Shown here: positions 40,323-49,199 of the stretch, in pieces
Numbering within the stretch: the first letter of the stretch is position 1
How the letters are laid out: each line of letters opens with the position of its first letter
Assembly (NCBI GenBank): GCA_001873435.1
Contig: MNZB01000004.1
Location: 14,030-78,029 of the forward strand
DNA length: 64,000 bases
Direction of reading: 5' to 3'
Source of the DNA: Candidatus Pacebacteria bacterium CG2_30_36_39
Lineage (GTDB): Bacteria > Patescibacteriota > Microgenomatia > UBA1400 > PJMF01
The notes under the pieces: model-generated
Told to the model about the DNA's origin: nothing
What the model saw: the letters and a program-made list of their open reading frames with translations, nothing else
Database searches by the model: none
Translations under genes and position numbers: made by a program

Positions 40323-42064
40323 TTAATTATTGGTTTCAAAATAGCTAATTCCTGAAATATTTCTGAAAAATTAAATTGTTGATAAAACTTTAAAAGCAAA
40401 TCCAAGTGATTGTCGTAACGAGAATATTTCTCTTGAATTTCAGTGGTTTTTAAAACATCAACATCTTTCGTAATTCTATCTTTTGCCAATGGAGTAATTT
40501 TCTGTACTAAAAAATATTCATTAAGCTTATTTAAAAAACTTTCCCAAATATTTTTATATTCTATTGAACTAGAATTATTTTTTTCAAAATTAAGCTCAAT
40601 TATTTGTGAACCAAAATTATTTTCTATTTGATGATCAATTAAATGAATGGTTGGCTCAGCATCTTGGGTATAAGTATAAAGACTGGATTCTAATAATTCT
40701 CCATCAAAATCACTAGTAATAAACTCAATTGAATATTTTCCTACTTCTGGTTTTTCAATAACCGTAAAAGCCATTGATTTGGCAGTAGAAATATTTTCTT
40801 CCCATTCTTTAGTCTCAATGAGTGTTTGTTCCTCATTATAAAATTTAACCAATACACTTGGATCATGAACAACAACAATGGCACTCAAATCAGTAAAACT
40901 TGGCTGAAAAACTCTTATTGATTGGATCGGTTCATGCTCATGTTCATATTTTTTTTCGAATAAGGGATCTAACAATTTGAACTCATTCAAAACCTGATCA
41001 AAACCATTTAGTACAAAAAAGTGACCAGGTATTTGTGCAATCACTGGCTGCTTAGCTGCTAAAAAAACCTGAGCAGCTTCCCGCCATCCCTGCTTAAGAA
41101 AAGAAAATTCCAGTTTTGGTAGAAGCACTGACTGAGCTTGATCACTTAATATTCTAGTTAGACGTGTGATCGCCCACCAATTAACCAAACCTTCTCCTAA
41201 ATATCCATCTTGCTGATCTATTAACCATTTATTTAAACTAGCTGGATTTAATTCTTCTCCAGAAAGAAATTCTGAAAATCCATGAAAACGCAAAACCATA
41301 GCAGCAGAAGTTAAAGCACATCCCCAACGACTAATTGTTGGCCTATCATTACCAACCCAAAGAGAGGCGCTATCATAAATATCATCACTCCAAAAAGGGT
41401 CATTTTGCCAAAAGTGAATGAGTGAAATTGACTCATCAGCTTCTTTATTTATTTGATTATTTTTTAAAATTGTCTTAACAGGAAAAACACTGCCAGGAGA
41501 CATTTTTATTCCCCAACTACCCACGCTAGCAATTTCATCATAGGTCCAGTCATAAAAATGAAACACTTCAACATTATCAACTAAGATACTCAACAGCCCA
41601 TTCTTTCTAGAAATACTTATCAAATAACTTTGCCCAATATTCCAATTAAAATTAATACCTCTTGCCAACATTTCTTGACCACCAATAAAATGATTTACCC
41701 ACAAAGCTCCAGCCGAGAAATGTAATTGATAATAGTTTTTGTTATCCACAAACCCCCAGACCAAATTATGATCAACACCAAACTGAGGAATTAAATCAAA
41801 CTGCCAAATAAAATCTTTAGTTGGTAAAAAATATTCTGCCTTTGTAATTAAAAAAGTTGGAGGAGTTACCTGGTCAGCTCTACCAGAAACAACTTCATTC
41901 TCGCTTCCTTCATTGCTCAACTCCCAAAACACACTAGGACTTAAATTAAATTCAGACCATTGAGTAAAAGCAAATATTCTTTCCGTAGAAAAAATAAATA
42001 TTAATAAATAAAAAATAAATACTTTAATAAAAAAATAAAATCTTTGCACCAAACAATTAAACAA
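40319..42064 (-). CDS. secreted C39-like peptidase domain protein (581 aa)
   Basis: N-terminal signal/TM. Cys block RWGCALTSAAMVLRFHG and His block IPGHFFVLNGFD...DP. Confidence 0.55.
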   Translation of the reverse strand: MFNCLVQRFYFFIKVFIFYLLIFIFSTERIFAFTQWSEFNLSPSVFWELSNEGSENEVVSGRADQVTPPTFLITKAEYFLPTKDFIWQFDLIPQFGVDHNLVWGFVDNKNYYQLHFSAGALWVNHFIGGQEMLARGINFNWNIGQSYLISISRKNGLLSILVDNVEVFHFYDWTYDEIASVGSWGIKMSPGSVFPVKTILKNNQINKEADESISLIHFWQNDPFWSDDIYDSASLWVGNDRPTISRWGCALTSAAMVLRFHGFSEFLSGEELNPASLNKWLIDQQDGYLGEGLVNWWAITRLTRILSDQAQSVLLPKLEFSFLKQGWREAAQVFLAAKQPVIAQIPGHFFVLNGFDQVLNEFKLLDPLFEKKYEHEHEPIQSIRVFQPSFTDLSAIVVVHDPSVLVKFYNEEQTLIETKEWEENISTAKSMAFTVIEKPEVGKYSIEFITSDFDGELLESSLYTYTQDAEPTIHLIDHQIENNFGSQIIELNFEKNNSSSIEYKNIWESFLNKLNEYFLVQKITPLAKDRITKDVDVLKTTEIQEKYSRYDNHLDLLLKFYQQFNFSEIFQELAILKPIIN

Positions 42065-42088
42065 TAAAAAACTGACTTTAATTAGAAA

Positions 42089-45000
42089 TTATTCAGCAGC
42101 CTCTTCATCAATAAAATCACCTGACTCAACCTTGATCTTTTTATCTTTTCTCTTCAAAACAGACACCAACAAAAACAACGTCGTTATTAACACAACAACA
42201 AAAGCTACCAAAGTAATCAACTCAGGCAAATAGAAAACAACCAATGTCCCCTTACCACTAACTTGCCACAGATTAGCCCAATTATTTAAACGATAGTGAG
42301 GTAAAAATTCATTACCACCCTTTACAAAACCCAACCATAAATCATCATAAGTCTGATCTAATCCCAAGTAACATTTTTCTCCCAAACATTGAAATGACAC
42401 TTCATGAATAGCATCGAAAGAAAGCTTATCTTCACCAACCTTAATCCTATTTAAAACAGCTTCTTGACCAATCAAACTAAGCTTTAATTGAGCCAACTGA
42501 TTGAGAGCTAATGGTTGTAAATAAATACCATCTATTTCATTCACACTCTCTTTGCCAAAAGACCTTGTTTCCCAATTTAAATAAAAGGAAGAAAAAGAAT
42601 CTTTACTAACCTGATTTAAAGTAATATACGAATCAAATACTTCATCCTGCTCCAAATAATCCTCGGCTAAAACATTAGAATCTCCATAATTAATAAAAAA
42701 CTTAGTTCCCCGACCACGATAGTTTTTCCCCATCAACCTCATCACATAAGAGTAGGAAGATGAAATATCCTTAAAACTATAACCATTGCAATTTACGGCT
42801 CTTGAATCAGCCTCATAAATTGCTCGACCATTTTCAAATTTAGTTTTTATCTCTCCTACTTGGTGATTAACACAATTAACTGAAGGATTTTGAGCCAAAT
42901 CCAACTTAATCACAGGGAAATATGAAATCAAACCAAGCTGCTCAATTTCAGGGGTTCGCAACACCAAATCTCTTTGAATAATCGCCCAATCTGGATCTAA
43001 TTCAGCAACTTCTATTGAATCGAATGAAGAACCTTTTGCCATTCCATTTTCATAAGAAATTTCGGTGGGCTTAGCAGCATATTCAATTTTAATTTTTTCT
43101 CCAACAACCAAATCCAAAACTGGATAAATAGGTTGGTTTTTATCAACAATAACCCCAAAGTTATTAAAGAAAATTACTATGCTATCAGCAACAAAGTTAT
43201 CTTCTAATTTAAACTCAAAATTCTCTAACTGAGGCAACTTAAGACTTTGCTCTCCCAAGACCAAAGTTGATTGAGGAAAATCCACAGACACCTTACCATC
43301 AGTATATTTTATGGCAGCTGGCACAAGATAAGAACTATCCTTATATCCTGGCATTAACAGCTCATACACAGCCCTAGGAACTTTGTTTACAACCTTAACC
43401 CCCAAATCATCAAATTGAAGATTTTTGGGATAGTGAGTCATTAATTCAGAAAAAGGAAACACAACATTTGGTGATTCACTGGTTAAAACATAATCACCCT
43501 CTTGTTGATATAAATAGTCTGTTCTAGTTCTATTATTATTAGCTTCAGCAAATTGAACCTTATTCGGCACCAAAATCTCTGTTTCTTTGTCAATAGCATT
43601 ACGCTCATAAATACTTAGAAAGTCCTTAGACCAAAGCTCTGAAAAGCCAGCTGCATGCAACAAAGCATGGTCAACAGCAAAGTCATGTTGGCGACTAGGA
43701 TCCATCCTAGTTTCATCTACAATCACCAAATCCACATTATATTTTTTAGCAATTTGAGCAAAATGATTGGCATTATAAGTATCAAGAGAAGTTTTTAATT
43801 CATAATAGAAAAAATCATTAGTTTCTATCCAACGATCAAAATCTCTCATTAGCAATGGTTGAGGGAAACCAAAAAAATTAAAACCCATACCTTGATAGCC
43901 ATTACCCTCACGTAAAAACTGCCAATCATAATATTCCCAACCAGCATGAGTAAATTGTGGTAACTGTAAAACTCTCAAGTCTTTGTCTAGAGTATTCATG
44001 TAATCAAACATTTCCTGATACTGAGATGGATATTTAATTTGTAGTTTTTCACTTAAAAAATGACCTTGGAATGAAGGCAATGAAATATAGATTATGATCA
44101 AAAATAAGCCGCCAATTATTGTGTTGGCAGCAAACAACCAAAGCTTTACTATTTTTTTACGAGAACACAAAAATATAGTAATTTTTTCAATTATTCCAAT
44201 AAATAATAAAATCGAAACAAAAGAATAAAGAATTGATAGCTTAGTAAATGGATTGCGAAAAGCCTCACGAAATGTAGCTGATTTATACAGCTTGTCGAGA
44301 ATTACGCTGGTAGGCAATAAATCTACCCAAATAAAAATTAGACAAAAAATATACATCAATAAAACAGCCCAGCGTTTCCAGTTTTTTTCTCGATCAAAAA
44401 TAATAGATAAACTACCTAGAATTGTTAAAATTCCCAAACCCTGCATTAAATATCTGACTAAAGATTTGTTTAAATGACTATCCCATTCATTAAAAATAAG
44501 ATCAAAGTTCTTGTTTTTAAAAGAATAATCCATCCAATTAAATAAATATTGAGTACCAGCAGTTAGGTTCTCAATAGTTCCAGATTCGCGAACACTCCAA
44601 ACAGACTCTGGTGCAAACAACTGATTATCACGGCTTTCTTGAACGTAGCGAGCGTTGTGAGAAACATAATATAAATTAGGTAAAATCCAGTAAGCATTAG
44701 CAAAAAAAGTTAGTAAGCCAACAAAAAAACTCATTTGAATCGCTGACCAAAAAGACCTTTTTTGCAGAGAAACAAAAAAGACATAAAGTAAAGAAAAAAC
44801 TACAGCCAAATAAAAAACGGTTTGCGTATGAGCGCTAGGAGCCATTAAAAACTGTAATAAAATAAAAGAAAAAACCGTTTTAATACTTACTTTATTAATT
44901 AAACTATGGAGATTGAGCAATAGAAATGGCAAGAAAGCAAATTGAATCGTAAACATCTCAAAGCTGATATAAAACTGTTGTAAAGTTAAAATATGTAAAA

Positions 45001-45433
45001 GATAAAAAACTGCGCCCAAACTAGCTAACCAATTCTTAAAATTACCAAGCTTATTGCCTAACCAAATTTTAATCAAATAAAAATACATACCAATGCCACC
45101 TAAAAGATACATTGAAAAAATAAAGACATATCTAATCAAATTAGCTGGTAATAAAATTTTTAATAAAAAAATAAACGGTAAACGTAAAATCTCTGCCGAC
45201 TGCCCCTGAGCAGCTGGACCACCCAATCCCTGATGTTCTACCCAGGCACCAAAAAATACTTGGCGAGCATAACGAGGTAAATCAAATTCTGCTTGGATAT
45301 TATCCCAACCAGAATAAATAGAGTTTGGATGGATATTAACTACAGCAATCCACAAAGCCACCACTACCACTAATAGTAGTGGTAATAAACTCAAAATTTT
45401 AGCTAATTTAAATTGCTGAAATAGCTTTTGCAA
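42089..45433 (-). CDS. large polytopic membrane protein with big extracytoplasmic domain and C-terminal TM anchor (possibly a GT-C/YfhO-like glycosyltransferase)
   Basis: About 14 N-terminal TM helices, a roughly 600-aa soluble region and a final TM helix plus acidic tail. TTG start. Family call is speculative. Confidence 0.45.
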   Translation of the reverse strand: MQKLFQQFKLAKILSLLPLLLVVVVALWIAVVNIHPNSIYSGWDNIQAEFDLPRYARQVFFGAWVEHQGLGGPAAQGQSAEILRLPFIFLLKILLPANLIRYVFIFSMYLLGGIGMYFYLIKIWLGNKLGNFKNWLASLGAVFYLLHILTLQQFYISFEMFTIQFAFLPFLLLNLHSLINKVSIKTVFSFILLQFLMAPSAHTQTVFYLAVVFSLLYVFFVSLQKRSFWSAIQMSFFVGLLTFFANAYWILPNLYYVSHNARYVQESRDNQLFAPESVWSVRESGTIENLTAGTQYLFNWMDYSFKNKNFDLIFNEWDSHLNKSLVRYLMQGLGILTILGSLSIIFDREKNWKRWAVLLMYIFCLIFIWVDLLPTSVILDKLYKSATFREAFRNPFTKLSILYSFVSILLFIGIIEKITIFLCSRKKIVKLWLFAANTIIGGLFLIIIYISLPSFQGHFLSEKLQIKYPSQYQEMFDYMNTLDKDLRVLQLPQFTHAGWEYYDWQFLREGNGYQGMGFNFFGFPQPLLMRDFDRWIETNDFFYYELKTSLDTYNANHFAQIAKKYNVDLVIVDETRMDPSRQHDFAVDHALLHAAGFSELWSKDFLSIYERNAIDKETEILVPNKVQFAEANNNRTRTDYLYQQEGDYVLTSESPNVVFPFSELMTHYPKNLQFDDLGVKVVNKVPRAVYELLMPGYKDSSYLVPAAIKYTDGKVSVDFPQSTLVLGEQSLKLPQLENFEFKLEDNFVADSIVIFFNNFGVIVDKNQPIYPVLDLVVGEKIKIEYAAKPTEISYENGMAKGSSFDSIEVAELDPDWAIIQRDLVLRTPEIEQLGLISYFPVIKLDLAQNPSVNCVNHQVGEIKTKFENGRAIYEADSRAVNCNGYSFKDISSSYSYVMRLMGKNYRGRGTKFFINYGDSNVLAEDYLEQDEVFDSYITLNQVSKDSFSSFYLNWETRSFGKESVNEIDGIYLQPLALNQLAQLKLSLIGQEAVLNRIKVGEDKLSFDAIHEVSFQCLGEKCYLGLDQTYDDLWLGFVKGGNEFLPHYRLNNWANLWQVSGKGTLVVFYLPELITLVAFVVVLITTLFLLVSVLKRKDKKIKVESGDFIDEEAAE

Positions 45434-45535
45434 AACATCTCATTGTAGAACAATATTGAGTAAGTTTTGTAGGCTCATTTTATTTTACAAACCAAAAGAA
45501 ACAAAAATTATTAATAATTATTACCTTTGGTTTGT

Positions 45536-45556
45536 TGGGGCGGTCTAGGACCGCCC
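45536..45556 (-). terminator. perfect GC-rich palindrome GGGGCGGTC-TAG-GACCGCCCC downstream of the GC-rich lipoprotein gene (no U-tract)
   Basis: 9-bp perfect stem 28 nt past the stop of 45584..46414. Confidence 0.4.
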
Positions 45557-45583
45557 CAACATGGGTATAACAAGGTGAGAAAA

Positions 45584-46414
45584 TTACGGAGCAACAACGT
45601 TGCTGGCAACCAAGGTCCATCCCGTCGCGTTTGTATGGCGAAGAATGGTCCAGGCGCCGTTGTTCACATCGAAGAAAACGACGTAAACAACTTTGCAACC
45701 CTGAAGTCCGCAGTTGTACAAGTGGCTGTTCGCCGCTTGCTGATAGATGTACGGCTGATCCATGAAGCCGCCAGCATTCTCTTTGACCTGATATTGCGTC
45801 ACCGTGGTTGCGCCAGGGTGATATCTGGAGAAGTTAACATCCAGATTCAGGTCTCCGGGTCCAGAATTGCGACCGCGGAGATAGATTTGCCATTCCACAT
45901 CCGGCTGGGGATTGGCGACAATCGAGTAGTTGCCAAACTTCATGACAACTCCAGCAGTAGTAGTCAGCTGGTAACCGCCTTCGTGAACGAATTTGGTTGC
46001 GGTGGCATTTTCCAACGACTCTTGCGAGTCAGGAGAAATGAGAGCCGCACTCGGATTGGCTTTGCGTTCGGCTTCGGTTTCGACGCCGACGACGCCGGGT
46101 TTGCCGCAGAAATCTTTACCGCCGGGAAGTGTGCAGACGTTTTCGTTGAAAACGCCATCTGCCCAACGATAAGCGGTGACCTTATAAGGGGCACCTTTGA
46201 TTTCGTAGCTCGGAGGTTGGATCTTGGCATTGCTTTGAGAAGGGCTGTCGTTTGATGGACCGCCTTGACCGGTGGAAACCGATTGAGTCGGGGCTACCGC
46301 AGTCACAGCAGGCTGTTCGCCGCCAGACATGTGGAAGTTACCGATATCAATGTTCCAGGGAGCGCAAGCGCTCAAAAGCACGGTCAACAACACTAGGGTT
46401 AGGGTCTTTTTCAT
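45584..46414 (-). CDS. lipoprotein, compositionally atypical (high GC, E. coli-like codon usage), function unknown
   Basis: MKKTLTLVLLTVLLSAC lipobox. RBS AAGGAG. GC-rich codons (CTG, GCG, CCG). A plus-strand shadow ORF overlaps it. Confidence 0.6.
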   Translation of the reverse strand: MKKTLTLVLLTVLLSACAPWNIDIGNFHMSGGEQPAVTAVAPTQSVSTGQGGPSNDSPSQSNAKIQPPSYEIKGAPYKVTAYRWADGVFNENVCTLPGGKDFCGKPGVVGVETEAERKANPSAALISPDSQESLENATATKFVHEGGYQLTTTAGVVMKFGNYSIVANPQPDVEWQIYLRGRNSGPGDLNLDVNFSRYHPGATTVTQYQVKENAGGFMDQPYIYQQAANSHLYNCGLQGCKVVYVVFFDVNNGAWTILRHTNATGWTLVASNVVAP

Positions 46415-46772
46415 CTTTCGTTACTCCTTGAGAGGTTTGATAGCAGTTTCGCCGCTCTAGTCCACGCTGGACTAGAGTCAGTTCACGCAATTAAAAACCA
46501 TATAAAAAGTTTCTAATTGCGCGAACCGATGGCTCAACTTCAAACTTCAAAAGAAGTAAAATTTCTCACTTGTTAAAGAGCGACTGAATTAACAGTCACC
46601 GTTGCTAAAAAGTATTTCGCTTAGAACATTCGTAGTGAATGAGTAGCGAGCAAGCTCTTCAGCCAAAAATCTTTTTATAAAAAACAAGACTTTTGGCTAA
46701 AGATCTGAAAGCAAAAAATTATTTTAATTAACTAATACTCTTGGTATATATATGTTTTTTTACACCAGGCTT

Positions 46773-46813
46773 AAGTATAGCACTAAAAGACCATTTTGTC
46801 AATGTTATAGGAT
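46773..46813 (-). promoter_or_regulatory. sigma70 promoter TTGACA-17-TATACT with upstream TATCCTATA element (drives 45584..46414 through a ~350-nt structured leader)
   Basis: Minus strand TATCCTATAACATTGACAaaatggtcttttagtgcTATACTtaagcctgg. Confidence 0.55.
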
Positions 46814-46845
46814 ATATTTTGGCTTATTTTATAATTAAAAGTTTC

Positions 46846-46875
46846 AGATCCCTGCCCATGTAAATGGACAGGGAT
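46846..46875 (-). terminator. hairpin GATCCCTG-N14-CAGGGATC downstream of 46892..47320
   Basis: 8-bp stem 17 nt after the stop. On the minus strand it is followed by TGAAACTTTT. Confidence 0.4.
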
Positions 46876-46891
46876 CTTGGCCAATTACGGC

Positions 46892-47320
46892 CTATGGAGT
46901 TGGTGTTGGGGTTGGAGTAAGAGTAAACACCGGCGTGAGCGTCGGTGGTGGTGTGGGTGTCCAAGACTGAGCAGTTGCAGTTTTTGCTGCCACCGCTATT
47001 GCCTTGTTCTCTGCCTCGATCTTTTTATCGATCTCGGAGATATCACCTTCAACCTTTTCGAGTTGAGCCTTTCCTTCTTCGATTTTTGCTTCGATCTCAA
47101 CTTTGCTGTCAAGCAAAATCAATTTCTGACAAATCAGAGGAAGTTCATCCTCTGGCATACTGGTGATTGAACCGAATTCATTTTCTCGGCCAATCACTTT
47201 TAATGCATCGTAGCAGGAGGCTGCCGCTTTTTCCTTTTCAGTTGCGAAAAGGCCGGAGCAGCTGCTCAACACAAAAATCCCTACTACTGCCAACAACAGG
47301 AAGATGTGAATCTTCTTCAT
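46892..47320 (-). CDS. small lipoprotein with coiled-coil segment and C-terminal Thr/Pro repeat tail, compositionally atypical (higher GC)
   Basis: MKKIHIFLLLAVVGIFVLSSC lipobox. A/E/K-rich heptad-like stretch. C-terminal TPTPPPTLTPVFTLTPTPTPTP. RBS GGAG. Confidence 0.6.
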   Translation of the reverse strand: MKKIHIFLLLAVVGIFVLSSCSGLFATEKEKAAASCYDALKVIGRENEFGSITSMPEDELPLICQKLILLDSKVEIEAKIEEGKAQLEKVEGDISEIDKKIEAENKAIAVAAKTATAQSWTPTPPPTLTPVFTLTPTPTPTP

Positions 47321-47403
47321 TGTTGCTCCGTCACTCCATGAGATTTAGATCCGTCACAGCGCAAGCGCTGTAACGATCCCCCTTCTAGAGAAGTGACCTG
47401 GTA

Positions 47404-47444
47404 AGTATAACAAAATAGATCAAAATAGTCAATGTTATAGGATA
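47404..47444 (-). promoter_or_regulatory. sigma70 promoter TTGACT-17-TATACT with upstream TATCCTATA element (drives 46892..47320)
   Basis: Minus strand TATCCTATAACATTGACTattttgatctattttgtTATACTtaccagg. The leader contains the palindrome ACAGCGC-AA-GCGCTGT. Confidence 0.55.
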
Positions 47445-47450
47445 AAAAAA

Positions 47451-48854
47451 CTATTTTCTTTTTAACTCATAGCCATATAAATGGCGTAAAAAGATAGCAG
47501 GAGGATCTTCTAATAAAAACTGCTGAAACTCTTGATAAAGGGCTTTGCGTTCTTCTTGATCCAAAGTGGTTCTAGCTTTCTCCAATAAACTATCAATACG
47601 AGTATTCTTGTAATTAGTAAAATTTGTTGATTGACCAGAATGCCAAAGGAAATATTGATCTGGATCAACTGGTGATTCCTGACCTATTAAGAGTAACTGA
47701 AAATCATTTGTATCTGGAAAACTACTAACTTTTAAGTTAACCTTAATTTCTAGAAAACCACAAAGTTCTTTTTCTTTTACAGCACTAGATTTCTGACAAT
47801 CGGCAACAGCTTTTTTACCTAGCTCAGTCCACTGTTGAACAATGCTTTCAGCATCTTTCTCAAAAGTTTGAGTCGTAGTTAAATAAAGCTCTAGTGGTTG
47901 TCTAGGCATATCGTCAAAAAAACGTTCTGTAGCTCTATTTAAATCTTTTTCATAATTCTTCCCACCCTCAAGATATGCCCATGAAGTTGGATCTATTGGA
48001 CCTCTAGCTTGAGTGCCATCGCGTGGACTCTCTAGACCGTAAGATAAGGCCTGTCTCACAGATTTGGTCATCAAAGGATCGGCATTATTAAAAAATACAG
48101 CCAAATATCTATCAGTATGAAGAATTGGAGTGCTTTCAACATTTTTCCAATCTTTTAGATCTGCAGGATCAGCTATATCTGGAATAATATCTATCTCTCC
48201 CTTTTTGAAAGCATTAATTAAATCAGTTTCTGTTAGATAAAAACGATAAACAAGCTTTTTATCTGGAGTTTCCACCACAAGCTCACTTAAACGATTACCT
48301 TTTTTAGTGTAATCTGCAATTCTATTTGGCCCAATACCAATAAGGGTTTGTCTAGAAAAAAACCATAGATATTTTTCAGTTCCTTGACGAAATACTGGTT
48401 CTGATAGCACAGATGGAAATGGAGAAAATGCGTCTGGTAATTTAAAAACTAAGTCATTGGGTGTTGCCACAGTTTCAACATCAACAAATTGATATTTAAT
48501 ATCTGCTGGCTCAACTTCTTTACCATCCTGCCAAACAACATCCTTTTTTAAAACAAAACGATATTGTTTACCATCATCTTCCACCACCCAGCGTTGAGCT
48601 AAATATGGTTTCGCTTCTTTGGTTTCGGTTATTTGAGTTAAGCCTACACTTAACTGATTTTTAATAGTCTGGGGTAAAGTATTGAGAGTGAAACTACCAA
48701 TCATCCCAATATATTCTTTTTTCTTGAAATTAAGACGATCTACTAGGAATGGAATAAAAAGAGAGAAAATAATAATTGCTCCAACTAATGAAGTAATTAA
48801 AATCGGGCCATGTTTTTTGGCATAAGCAGTTAGATACCAGTACAAACGTCTCAT
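47451..48854 (-). CDS. ABC transporter substrate-binding protein, family 5 (peptide/nickel type), membrane-anchored
   Basis: SBP_bac_5-like blocks (RFVLKKDVVWQDGKEVEPADIKYQF, PDQYFLWHS). N-terminal TM anchor. Confidence 0.7.
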   Translation of the reverse strand: MRRLYWYLTAYAKKHGPILITSLVGAIIIFSLFIPFLVDRLNFKKKEYIGMIGSFTLNTLPQTIKNQLSVGLTQITETKEAKPYLAQRWVVEDDGKQYRFVLKKDVVWQDGKEVEPADIKYQFVDVETVATPNDLVFKLPDAFSPFPSVLSEPVFRQGTEKYLWFFSRQTLIGIGPNRIADYTKKGNRLSELVVETPDKKLVYRFYLTETDLINAFKKGEIDIIPDIADPADLKDWKNVESTPILHTDRYLAVFFNNADPLMTKSVRQALSYGLESPRDGTQARGPIDPTSWAYLEGGKNYEKDLNRATERFFDDMPRQPLELYLTTTQTFEKDAESIVQQWTELGKKAVADCQKSSAVKEKELCGFLEIKVNLKVSSFPDTNDFQLLLIGQESPVDPDQYFLWHSGQSTNFTNYKNTRIDSLLEKARTTLDQEERKALYQEFQQFLLEDPPAIFLRHLYGYELKRK

Positions 48855-48918
48855 CTATCTCCTATTCTAGGGCAGAAACAATGATTTTGCCAAGAGAAAT
48901 AATAAGCTAGAAATTTAT

Positions 48919-49131
48919 TTATGCTATGGCAGCAATAGAAACAGCTGCAAAAAGAACAATGGCTACTATAGTTAAAATGAAAACCACTCGCTCTACACCT
49001 CGACGGGTGTGATAAGTTTCTCCACCACCACCCCAGGTTGAGCCTAGTCCACTACCTTGTGCTTGTAAGAGTATAAAAGCAGTAATTATTATTGCTAAGA
49101 TAATTTGGATTACCAATAAAGCACTATTCAT
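48919..49131 (-). CDS. secG: preprotein translocase subunit SecG
   Basis: 70 aa, two TM helices. Central LLQAQGSGLGSTWGGGGETYHTRRGVE matches the SecG Gly-rich loop. Confidence 0.8.
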   Translation of the reverse strand: MNSALLVIQIILAIIITAFILLQAQGSGLGSTWGGGGETYHTRRGVERVVFILTIVAIVLFAAVSIAAIA

Positions 49132-49199
49132 TTTTTCCTTTATTTTTTATCTTGCTGCCAGCCCAAATATTTTACAATTCAAACTGGCAGTCTAATTAG

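Noticed and set aside
45527-46255. 242-aa plus-strand ORF in the high-GC island
   Set aside because: It is antisense to the lipoprotein gene, which has a signal peptide, lipobox and RBS. Long shadow ORFs on both strands are expected in GC-rich DNA. It has no RBS or start context of its own.
46797-47444. 17-bp direct repeats GTCAATGTTATAGGATA flanking lipoprotein gene 2. Considered as target-site duplication or att sites of an insertion
   Set aside because: Read on the minus strand, each copy is the upstream-element plus -35 part of a full promoter that has its own conserved -10. Similar motif-plus-promoter units occur at 12854 and 57929 without flanking symmetry.
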